The notes beneath the pieces were generated by a model that did not search any database, was not told where the DNA came from, and worked only from the letters and a program-made list of their open reading frames with translations. A DNA stretch of 64,000 nucleotides. It comes from Octopus sinensis (taxonomy: Eukaryota). Shown here piece after piece: positions 53,433 to 64,000 of the stretch (within the stretch, counting starts at the first letter, position 1; each line of letters starts with the position of its first letter). The DNA is taken from assembly GCF_006345805.1 (NCBI RefSeq), contig NC_042997.1, positions 95,170,001-95,234,000 on the forward strand, read 5' to 3'. Position numbers and translations under genes: made by a program.

Positions 53433-54545
53433 CAGGCGCAGGAGTGGTTGTGTGGTAAGTAGCCTTGTAAGTGGATTTGGTAGAGGGAAAGTGAAATAAG
53501 CCTGTCGTACATATATATATACTAGCATTAAAGACCCGTCGTTGCCGCGTCATAGTGCTAGTACATGTATATATGTGTATATATATATGTGTACATATTA
53601 CATGTACATCTATATATATATATATATACATCTACACATAAAATACGAAATACAAAGTTATATCTCATCGCTAGTGATAACAATACTCAAAACATATAAC
53701 AGACTGGAATTGTTAGCCCGTCTCTTGTAATTTCGATCACTTGTATCTTGTCCTCCCTTTTGTATAGAAGTGTGGCTACAATCCAGCTTACCTCTACTTT
53801 TTTTTTTGGGAGGGGGTTCTCTCTTTAATTTTTTTTCGGGACGTCCTACGTTCCAGATATTTGGGTATAACTAAAATATTTCCACTTTGCAAGTTCGAGT
53901 CGAGTACTCCCTTGCACGCTCCGTTAACTCGAACCTTGCTTCTATTGTGGCGAATTTACCGCCTGTGATTAGATACCTTTCATAGTCGCACCAAGACACT
54001 TTTCGAAGGTGCTTTCCTCCATGTGTTCAAATTTTTTTCTCTACATTGTATACTTTATAGACAATAGTCTTTTCTTTAATTTAATTTTTTATTATCCATC
54101 TGGACTATTCCATTTCTGCTAATTTTATTTTTAATTTATTCCCATTCATGTGAAACCACTTATTCAAGTTCAAGTCATTGATGCAATTTTATACCAATTG
54201 CTATTTTTACTTTTGTTATGCTACGATTATATTATACTTTAGTTTGATTTTAATTATTACTTGCTACATAAAATTCAATTGTTATTATTATTTTTATTGT
54301 TAAAGTGAAAGTATCTGAGATATAAAATAGAGAAACCTTTTTTGCCCATGAAACTACATGGACCCTAAGTAAGGCATGTGTAAAATTTGAATGAAATTGG
54401 TTGTGTAGTTCTCAAGTTTTAGGGAAACACACAGACAGACAGACACACATTCTCAGTTTTATATATATAGCGATATGTGTGTGTGTGTGTTTATGTGTGT
54501 GCGTTTGTCTTCCCAATATCGCTTGACAACCGATGCTGGTGTAGT
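53433..54545 (+). mobile_element. Composite SINE with an internally deleted head, interrupted by Helitron copy 2
   Basis: Head GGCGCAGGAGTGGTTGTGTGGTAAGTAG..GTGGATTTGGTAGA at 53435-53510. The 3' module GTTTGTC..ATCGCTTGACAACCGATGCTGGTGT resumes at about 54500. Confidence 0.75.
53522..54473 (-). mobile_element. Non-autonomous Helitron, copy 2
   Basis: A|TCGCTATATATATAAAACTGAG ... hairpin GACCCG/CGCGTC ... CTAG|T; colinear with 12478-13342 except for an extra ~310-bp segment (53719-54030). Confidence 0.86.
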
Positions 54546-54559
54546 TAAATCAGATGAGA

Positions 54560-54990
54560 ATCATATGTTGAACACGATCGATATTTTCCTCAGTGGTGGC
54601 AGTTCATGGACGCCCAGATAAGGGATCATCTTCAATACACTGTTTCCCTTCTAATTTCAGCTGCCCACTTTTGCACTGTTGAGAAAACTCAAGCATCATC
54701 CTCTAATGTAGCAATCATATTAGGATGAATTTACTTGAAGGCTGAAGCGTTTTTCCTGCAGGTGTATTTGATAATATCACGATATCATATTTTGTCCATT
54801 TTCAAGAGAAGTCGCTTCTAGTTACCTCTGATGTTTTCCTTGAACAGTCCGATGTCAGTTTACCCGGAAAGAAACAAAGCAGAATTTATTATAATAAGAC
54901 CTGTCGAAATTAATGAATGCATGACTTCAAAGCTCTAGCGTCACTATTTCAGCCCACCTTCCTAGTGTTCGGGTCTAATCGAAACTTAAA
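54560..54990 (-). pseudogene. Mariner transposase 5' remnant (HTH region)
   Basis: ATG at 54799 on the minus strand; MDKI*YRDIIKY..IHPNMIATLEDDA..STVQKWAAE..EDDPLSGRP*TATTEENIDRV is a typical mariner N-terminus. Confidence 0.88.
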
Positions 54991-56469
54991 ATAAATTTTA
55001 CAACTATTGACTTCGGATGGTAGAGAGACGGAGAACGATACTAATTTTGGATTTTGACAAATAAATACAATTGGAAAGATATTTTCTATTTACCTAGAAT
55101 TACACCATTCGAAAAAACCAGCTATTATTTAGCGAGTATTATAATAAGAACATGTAGAGAAATGGGAAGGATGTTGCAGACAAGGATGTTCATACAAAGA
55201 GTAAAAACATAACAATAACAGAAATATGTATATTACGAGATAAACTTTACCATGAAATTGTCTTTTAATATTTATGAGGAATAGGCACCGGCATTACCAT
55301 CAATAATATTGACGATATTATTACCTTGTCAGTTAATGTTTTCGTGTCCCACAATAGACAACTGGTCGGCGCTGACTTAACTATCAGATATATACAATTG
55401 TTACTTTCACCATTCACATAACCACAAACTTTAAACGTGCCCAAACAAATCCCTGATATGTGCTCTATAGTGGTTACCCAATGAAATGCCCAGCTCTTAA
55501 ATATATTAAGACATTTCAAAACACATTTCCAAACCTATATTAAATTGTGGTTTTTGTAAGAGGAAAACAAAATCTAGAAGAAGAAATGAAGACGGCTACT
55601 GTTTGTGACACAGCACCAAGAACAATTCTAATGGCATTGGAAATTATGGCCCCCATCTACATTGTCAAGAGGGATCCAAGGAGAAGAGAAATTCCTTCTG
55701 TCATCCACTACCGCAGTAACAATTAAGAATAGAAAAAAACTTCGAAGATACCCTTTACTCCTACAAAATCAATGGTATACAACAGCTTAGTGCCCGAATT
55801 TACAAGAATGTAGCTATATCCATGCGACTAGAGATAGTCCAAGTAAGACTGACAAACTTTGATGAGAATGTGAAAGTATTTAAAAGTAAAAACGCATATT
55901 AAACGTGAAGAGGAGGGAAAAATGCATCTTCCGTAAAACGGAGCTACGTTTATGTAAAGGATACCGTATCCTTTAGATTTCGGATTAATGATAGTTGTTG
56001 CCAACTATACCATTGTATATTACTGTATGATAATAGCCAACTTATAATAGTGAGGCCATAGTATTTATGCCAGCGTAGAGGTGCCAAAACGATTATCTGT
56101 TACGATGCAAGCATTGATAGGGATGATGATGATGATGAGGAAGATAATGAAGGTCTTGAGTAATGATAGAAATACTAGTGACGTTGATTATAATGGAGGT
56201 AATGGCAGCATCGAAAGTGGTGAGGATGAACTGGAAGTTTCTGGTGGTAATGATGATGAGCGAATTATGATGAAGACGATTGCGGCAGACGAGGTCAAGA
56301 TAATTTTTGTGTAGGGTGAAGAAGTGTGGGTGAAATAAATGATAAAGATAGTACTGAAATGACGCTAGCAAAGTGTGGTGGTGGTAATGGTGGTGGAGAT
56401 GAAGTTAATCATATAGTCGACCAATATAATAATGTTTGTGATAGGCTGTAAATAGTAGGGTGTTGGGGG

Positions 56470-56521
56470 TAGTGATGGTGATGATGATTATGATGATGAT
56501 GAAGATGATGATGATGATGAA

Positions 56522-56555
<34 letters not shown>

Positions 56556-56738
56556 TTGATGATGATGATGATATTGATGATGATGATGAGGAGGAGGAGG
56601 AGGAGGTTACTGGTGTTGATGACGACGACGATGAGGTTTAAGATGATAACAATGCTACTGCTGATGTTGATGATGAGGTTCACTATGATCATTATGACGA
56701 GGTTGACGGTGACGAAGGCGATAATGATGGCGACGATG

Positions 56739-56769
<31 letters not shown>

Positions 56770-56869
56770 CGACGACGACGACGACGCTGCTGCTGATTTT
56801 GATAATGATCACGACGATCATGCTGATGACAATTAACGTCGACGGCGACAAGAACGACGAAGACGACGT

Positions 56870-56907
<38 letters not shown>

Positions 56908-56985
56908 TGATGATGATGATGATGATGATGATGATAATGAGAATGATGATGATGATGATGACGATGATGATGATGATGATGATGT

Positions 56986-57026
<41 letters not shown>

Positions 57027-57058
57027 TTGATGATGATGATGATGATGATGATGAATGA
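56470..57058. repeat. Degenerate (GAT)n trinucleotide array 1
   Basis: Seen directly; the Asp frame contains stops and phase slips. Confidence 0.95.
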
Positions 57059-57374
57059 CTAAGATGTACAAATGTGACTGTTTGCTATGATAATAGTAGC
57101 GATGTTGACTATGAGAATCAGTATGGTTTACTCTAAGCAGATAAAAATAAACACGCCTTGAGTTAAGCAGCCTGTACCGGCATAGAAGGCTGTCAATCGC
57201 ACAGTCGCACACTAATGCGCATATATGTGTTCGTAAATGCACTTGCCGGCACGCATACAGGCGTAAACACTTGCATTAGAGTGGTAGAGGCTAATGTTGT
57301 TGGTAATTGAAATTTCAATACTGACAGCGAATATAACTGCAGAGTTATTGATAACAGCGGTCGCGGCAGGGGTG

Positions 57375-57390
57375 GTGGTGATGAAGATAT

Positions 57391-57433
<43 letters not shown>

Positions 57434-57502
57434 ATAATGACGTCGACGACGACGACGACGATGATGATGACGTCGACGATGACGAGGCAGATGATAACGG
57501 TG

Positions 57503-57545
<43 letters not shown>

Positions 57546-57701
57546 GGATGAGGATAATGATGATGATGATAATGATAAAAATAATGATGGTGATAATGAT
57601 GAAAATGAAGACAATGATGATGATGATGATGATGATGATGTGATGATGATGATGAGATGATGATGATGATGATGATGAAAATGATGATGATGATGATGAA
57701 A

Positions 57702-57751
<50 letters not shown>

Positions 57752-57885
57752 AATGATGACAATGCTGATGATGGTGATGATGATGATGATGATGTTCTTG
57801 ATAATGATGATGACGATGAGAATGACGACGACTGCGACGACAACGCTGACGACGACGAGGCTGATGATGACAGCGATAGTGATGA
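57375..57885. repeat. Degenerate (GAT)n trinucleotide array 2
   Basis: Seen directly. Confidence 0.95.
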
Positions 57886-58055
57886 TATTTCACATACATT
57901 AAGAAACAATATTCTGAAAACTAAATTTTTTTAATTATGATTCCTAAGTAAACATGAATATAAAAACACTTATCATATGGCTACAAGGCCTCCCTCACTC
58001 AATAAGGGAATACTCCAGGAACCTTGTTGTGAGGGCAATATAACATGTCACACTT

Positions 58056-58440
58056 TAAGGCAGTGAGCTGGCAGAAACGTTATCATGGCGGGCGAAATGC
58101 TTAGCGGTATTTCGTCTGCCATTACGTTCTGAGTTCAAATTCCGCCGGGGTCGACTTTGCCTTTCAACATTTCGGGGTCGATTAAATAAGTACCATTTAC
58201 GCACTGGGGTCGATCTGATCGACTTAATCCGTTCGTCTGTCCTTGTTTGTCCTCTCTGTGTTTAGCCCCTTGTGGGTAGTAAAGAAATAGGTATTTCGTC
58301 TGTCTTTATGTTCTGAGTTCAAATTCCGCTGAAGGCGATTTTCATCATTTCGGATTCGATAAATTAAGTACAAGTTGTGTACTGGAAAAAATCTAATCGA
58401 CTGGCCCTCTCCCCAAACATTTTGGGCCGTGTGCCTAGAG
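58056..58440 (-). mobile_element. Dimeric copy of the abundant SINE-like repeat
   Basis: GGTATTTCGTCTG..GTTCTGAGTTCAAATTCCGC occurs twice (about 58105 and 58290); reverse complement of the 9335-9558 family. Confidence 0.85.
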
Positions 58441-58713
58441 TATAAAAGAATATAAGATCTCGCACTTACACACAAAATTAGTCGCCTGGTTCGCATAGAT
58501 GTAGCTAAAGGAAGCGATTACTTCGTACTTCAGTAATTCAGTACAATGCTCACATACATACCCATACATATATTTATGTGCGTGTATGTGTGTGTGTATG
58601 TATATAGATAGATAAATACATATATATCTACATACATATAAAGTATCTGTTGTGTGTATATATACATAACACACATATGCATATAAATAGATATATATAT
58701 AAGTAGTAGTAAT

Positions 58714-58752
<39 letters not shown>

Positions 58753-58802
58753 CATGTGTATATACATATATATAAAAATATATACATACATACATACATA
58801 CA

Positions 58803-58873
<71 letters not shown>

Positions 58874-60120
58874 TATATATTTGAATATAAGTGACCGTGC
58901 GCGTATATATTGTTTGATGTGGAATGAAATAGAAAATAGAGAAATGATAAGCTGTAGTGCTTATGTAATATAATATGAATGTCATGGAAATGAATCAACA
59001 TTGATAATTCTTCATAGAAATATATAAAAGCATCCACACAATATGAAATAATGAGACATATAATAAATGAAAATAATAAGTAATGATAAAGTATATGCGA
59101 AGCAATCTGTGCTCATGTACGTGCATTCGTTCTTCAAATCACAAATTTACCTAAATCCAACTATACAAATTTGTGCACTCGTTCAGTTTGAACAATAACG
59201 AAAACAAACAGGTGCATCAGTGAGTGTTTGTGAATGTGTGTGTGTGTGTCTGTGTGTGTTTGCGAGTGTGCTTGTTTGTAAATATATGTAGTAGGAAGTT
59301 GATGAGAGGAAATCAAGTGACAAGTGTATACATTTCTAGTGTGAATTATCGTCGGGGAAATGGGTGAATGCAAAATGGTTACGATTATTTAATCACTGAC
59401 TGTTCATGGATGAAGAAAAAAAAATAAAGTAAATGAAAAATGGACGCAACGGTTCTTCATAGGTAAAAATCAATGGTGGATAATTTTATGGTTGTAAAAA
59501 TGTTAACCGTTGGGGAAATTAGAAGCTGTAGAGTTTATAACACGACAAAACGTATTTCAATAAATCTGTTCCATATAGATTATCTTTGGAGAAGAGGATT
59601 TCCGAATTTATTTACTAAAATCGTTGCAGCTTGCTCTTTCGGGTATCAGATTTTACTCTGAATAATATATTATTTTAGCGGTTGTTTGTAATATATTTCT
59701 GCTTTATGTCATGGATTGATTCCATGCACTGGAATGTCTAAAAGGAATAACGAGTGAATAGATTCTTAATAGAAATGGGTTATAGTGCGTGCCTGATATC
59801 AGTTATATGCAGTATTGGTGTAAAAGTCTTGTGAATATTTTTAGCTAAGTGGTTGTATGTGTAGAAAAAAAAATTGGCTTCGTGCTATAGAAGGATCACC
59901 ATAAAGTGTGTTTATTGAATTCACCGAGTTTACAGGGATTAGATATGGAAATTTTAGGCCTGCATATATATGAAATTTTTATGGAAAATTTACTTAACAA
60001 TTTTACACTATTAAAGTTGGGAGAAAAAGTTTTTTTTTACGTAAAATAAACAAGTTCGATCCAGTGTGAACACAAACCATATAAACATTTAATTACCATT
60101 CGTGCAATGCTTATTGGTTA

Positions 60121-60224
<104 letters not shown>

Positions 60225-60294
60225 AAGTAAATTTGGAAGGTACCGCACGACTGTAAATAAATTGGAAAGAGGTTTCTAAAAGTGCAGAAGTCTT

Positions 60295-60495
60295 TTAAAG
60301 ATACTCATTGCCTTGACCGGTTTCACAGTTAAAAAACAAAGATTTTCAAAAGTAAAATGTAAAGGATTATGTAGCCTTTGTGATATTAAAAACTGGTTAA
60401 CATAGATGTATTAAGATACCAGTGATAGTGTTTTTGACAATGATAAGAAAATATTATGAGGGGCTTTGTATTTAAACAGTTTACATAAAAGTTTT
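60295..60495 (-). repeat. ~200-bp repeat, inverted partner of 62590-62790
   Basis: Roughly three-quarters identical by eye to the reverse complement of 62590-62790; contains GAAACCGGTC. Confidence 0.8.
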
Positions 60496-60554
60496 CACAG
60501 TAGGTAATAAAATGAATTCATAATTATTTATGATAATAAGCATATTATGTTTAC

Positions 60555-60787
60555 TCTTTTACTTTTATGCTTGTTTCAGTCATTTGTCAGTGGCCATGCT
60601 GGTGTACCGCCTTTAGTCGAGGTAATCGACCCCAGGACATGTTCTTTGTAAGCCTACTACTTATTCTATCGGCTTCTTTTGCCGAAGCGCTAAGATACGG
60701 GGATGTAAACACACTAGCATCGGTTGTCAAGCGATGTTGGGGTGACAAACATAGACACAAACACACACACACTCACACACACACACA

Positions 60788-60852
<65 letters not shown>

Positions 60853-60990
60853 TACGACGGGCTTCTTTCAGTTTCCGTCTACCAAATCCACTCACAAGAC
60901 TTTGGTCGCCCCGAGGCTATAGCAGAAGACACTTGCCCAAGCTGCCACGCAGTGGGACTGAACCCGGAACCTTTTGGTTCGTAAGCAAGA
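60555..60990 (-). mobile_element. Composite tRNA-SINE with internal (TA)/(TG) microsatellite
   Basis: Minus strand: CCGGGTTCAGTCCCACTGCGTGGCAGCTTGGGCAAGTG..GACGGAAACTGAAAGAAGCCCGTCG-(TA)n(TG)n-ATCGCTTGACAACCGATGC..CAGCATGGCC..GAAACAAG-(GTAAAA)n tail. Confidence 0.88.
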
Positions 60991-61304
60991 CAGAAATAAT
61001 TTATAGATAGTATTTGATAGGAGAAAGCGTGTATTGCTTAGTCAAAACTTCATCAGAAATCATATTTGAGCATTAAAACAGAATTTTAGGAGAATGACCA
61101 ACCGTTTTCCTTCATCTTCAGTCATGTATCTATGTTTGGCAAAGATTGGTTGATATTTTTAGAAATAGTGTAGGAGGTTGGTTGGTGGGGAAAGCATTCG
61201 AATGATCTGATTTGGAATAGTTTTTGGAATCAAAAGGATTTTTTTTGTTTCTGGGCTAGTCTGTCATGGTTCAGTGGTTTTGAGACTTGTCTTATTGGTC
61301 AAGA

Positions 61305-62560
61305 TTGTGCGTGTGTGTGTATGTGTGCACACTGTTCTATGTGTGTGTATATATGTGTGCTTGTGTATGGGTGTGGGGATTTTTTGATTGGTCTTAGAGT
61401 TCAGTGTGGGTGTGGGTGTGTATGGCTCTGTGTATGTGTGTGTTTTATATTTAGCAGTGTGGTGTGTGTATATGTGTGCATTTTTATTTCGCAGGGCACT
61501 GTGTGTGTGTCTCTTTGTATGTTTGTAGTGTTATAATTGTCCAGTTGGTGTGTGTGTGTGCATACGTATGTGTGTGTGCATACGTATGTGTGTGTAGTGG
61601 TGCATATGTATGAATGTGTGTGTTGTATTTGTCAGAGGATATGTGTATGTTTGTGTCTTTTGTTTATCAGGGTGGTGTGTATGTGTGTGCGAGTGTGTGC
61701 GTGTACGTACTGTGCGTGTTTGTATTGAATATGTGTTTGTGTGTGTCGCTTATGTAGTTTTCGGGATTGTGTGCGTGTGTGTGCTGTATTTGTTGTGGCG
61801 AAGTGTATGTATGCGCGTGTGTGTACTGTATTTGTTGTGGCGATGTGTGTAGGTGTGCATGCGTGTATGTGTGTACATTATTTTTCTGTGTGGTGTGTGC
61901 ATATGTTTGGGTGTGCTTTTGTGAGTGTTTTATTTGTATTGTTTGTGCAGTGTATGTATACGTGTGAGTGTGTTTGTGTGAGTGTGTATTATTTTGTGCG
62001 TGTACGATCTTGTGTGTGTGTGTATGTGTGTGTACCTGTGAGTGTTTGTTCTGCTCGTTGGAATTGTATTGCGTGTGTATATGTGTGTGTGTGTTTTTCT
62101 TTCAGTGTATGTGTTTTTTTTACTGAGGAATGGACATATTGTGTCTGTGTGTATATATACGTGTGTGTGTGTGAGGGGGTTATATTTGTGTGTATTTGTG
62201 TGTGTATCTGTGTATGTGTGGGTGTTTTTTGTGTGAGTGTATCTTGTAATTGTCAGAGCCGTGTGTGTAAGAGTGTGCACGTCTGTGTTGTGTTTATCGA
62301 TGTGTGTATGTGAGTGTGTGCCTGTGATTATTTGCTGTGATTGCTAGACTCGTGTCGCATATGTGTTTGTGCTCGATAGAGGGGATATTGTGTTTGTGCG
62401 AGTGTGTATACATGTATGTGTGTGTTGGCGGTTGCATTGTATTTGTACGTGTGCTCCTACAGGTATCTGTGTGTTTCTTGTGGATGTATTCATACACGAG
62501 GGGTAGGGGTATTGTGTTTATGTGTCGGCAGTCCAAGTATATTTTTAAGATGTTGGAGTA
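61305..62560. repeat. ~1.25-kb cryptic (GT)-rich low-complexity tract
   Basis: Strong G+T strand skew without long perfect runs. Confidence 0.9.
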
Positions 62561-62589
62561 ATTTATTTTACTACCTATTTTGAACATTT

Positions 62590-62790
62590 TTATGTAAACA
62601 GTTTAAACACACAGACCCTTTCAACATTTTCTTATCATTGTCAAAGACTCTAGCACTGTTTCTTGATACAGTTATATTAGCCATTTATCAACACCACAAA
62701 GGCTACACAAAGCCTTCTATTTTACTTTCGAAAATCTTTGTTTTTAAAATGTGAAACCGGTCAAGTCAATAAACATATTTAAAATACATC
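62590..62790 (+). repeat. ~200-bp repeat, inverted partner of 60295-60495
   Basis: See partner; ends GTGAAACCGGTCAAGT. Confidence 0.8.
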
Positions 62791-62883
62791 TACATTTTCA
62801 CATCCTCTTCTCTATACAAACACACACAAACACACACATATACACGCACACATAAAAATTTAAAGTATAATGATAAACATATA

Positions 62884-63144
62884 ATTATAAATAAGGGCGA
62901 AGGAGGAACGCTTGAAATAGACGTCAAACGACTACAAACGACTTCAATTAACGCTTTGTTTATCACAAGGCTGTATACCAAGAAAATGAACAACAAAAGG
63001 ATTTAATATTTTTATAAATTTTTTTCTCCATTTCCCCCGCAAAAAGCCACATGATCAACGGAGTGCTAATTTAAGTGGTTTGTAGGCGTTTGACGTCCAT
63101 TTCAAGAGTACAGTTGCACTCCCGCCGGCGTCCTTATTTATAAT
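62884..63144. mobile_element. MITE-like element with ~65-75-bp imperfect TIRs
   Basis: TATAAATAAGG..CTTGAAATAGACGTCAAACGACTACAAACGACTTCAATTA versus TAATTTAAGTGGTTTGTAGGCGTTTGACGTCCATTTCAAG..CCTTATTTATA. Confidence 0.75.
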
Positions 63145-63321
63145 CATATATTTATTATTATACTTTGAATATCAGTTTAACTTATATGGATTTTTGTACG
63201 CTGGCCACTGATAAATCATCAATTAATGACTATCCTAATTATGTATGTATGTATGTATGTATATATATAATTGTGTATGTGTGTGTGTATTTATATAAGT
63301 ATATTTTATGCACATACAGAT

Positions 63322-63391
<70 letters not shown>

Positions 63392-63528
63392 TCAATAAAT
63401 GGTGGGGTTGTGTTGACCGCACGTGGAGAAATGATAAGCAAGGAAAAATTTTTTTTAAAATGCAGAATGCTCAAATGAAAGAAAATTTTAATAAAATGAG
63501 AAATTGATAAAATATATAAATATATATT

Positions 63529-63569
63529 TATTCAACCGGTTTTCGTCATTGTATGACTTGTCAAGAATA
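63529..63569 (-). ncRNA. Minimal hammerhead-like motif with U3-A8 core variant
   Basis: Minus strand: TATTC TTGACAA GTCAT ACA ATGAC GAAA A CCGG T T GAATA: stem I 5 bp, stem II 5 bp, palindromic stem III, one extra A. Confidence 0.55.
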
Positions 63570-64000
63570 TTTATGTTTAAAAAGTTTTTTAAAAATTAGA
63601 AAGGGGAAAAAAAGAAAATTGCATTGTTTTTTGCAAAAGAATAATGATAAAAATGTACAAAAATTAAAAAATAAGTACTCCGATACATTGTGAGTTCGTT
63701 GTGTATCTTGAGTTTAATGATTGTTCACGAAAAAATTACCTTGAGGTATTAGGATCCAAAGGGATTAAGAGCATGTGTTGTTTGGTTTAATTCAGGATGT
63801 TGGCAGGACAGGAAGTAGTAGTAATTGTGGTTCTTCAGTTCCTGTGTTGTGAGTAAGGGGAGACAACTCTTTTGAGTTCTTCAATAAGAGCTGTTGGTAA
63901 AACCCAAATTATAAAATTATCATTTTAGCTTCATTTGCGTTTTCTTTTTTATATAATTGCTTGTTAACTTAACTTTCATATTTTAACACTTTATTTATAT

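Noticed and set aside
56405-57909. Poly-M, poly-H, poly-I and poly-S ORFs of 150-240 aa, and a possible Asp-rich protein
   Set aside because: They are reading frames of (GAT)n; the Asp frame has stops (e.g. near 56638) and phase slips.

Overview
AT-rich animal (eukaryotic) genomic DNA, most likely Octopus. That assignment is inferred from the extreme (TA)n/(CA)n/(GAT)n microsatellite load and from SINE families I recognise as cephalopod-type; it is not database-checked. No complete protein-coding gene, rRNA, tRNA or CRISPR array is visible, and nearly all ORFs in the supplied track are microsatellite artefacts. The window is intronic or intergenic and dominated by mobile-element debris: tRNA-derived SINEs, TA-flanked MITEs, two non-autonomous Helitrons with canonical termini, and remnants of CR1, CRE (RLE-type), Penelope-like (GIY-YIG) and mariner elements. 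The main discovery is a 2.6-kb array at 18554-21148: four head-to-tail ~545-bp units plus a fold-back inverted arm. Every unit carries a minimal type I hammerhead ribozyme (HHR) motif. A diverged relative at 25101-25873 keeps the HHR and several other stems with compensatory substitutions. This fits a retrozyme-like or Penelope-dependent self-cleaving RNA element integrated as concatemers next to (TA)n. Further, more degenerate HHR-like motifs lie beside microsatellites at 36.9, 39.8, 60.3, 62.7 and 63.5 kb. A few candidate spliced exons are listed at low confidence. All alignments and folds were done by eye.
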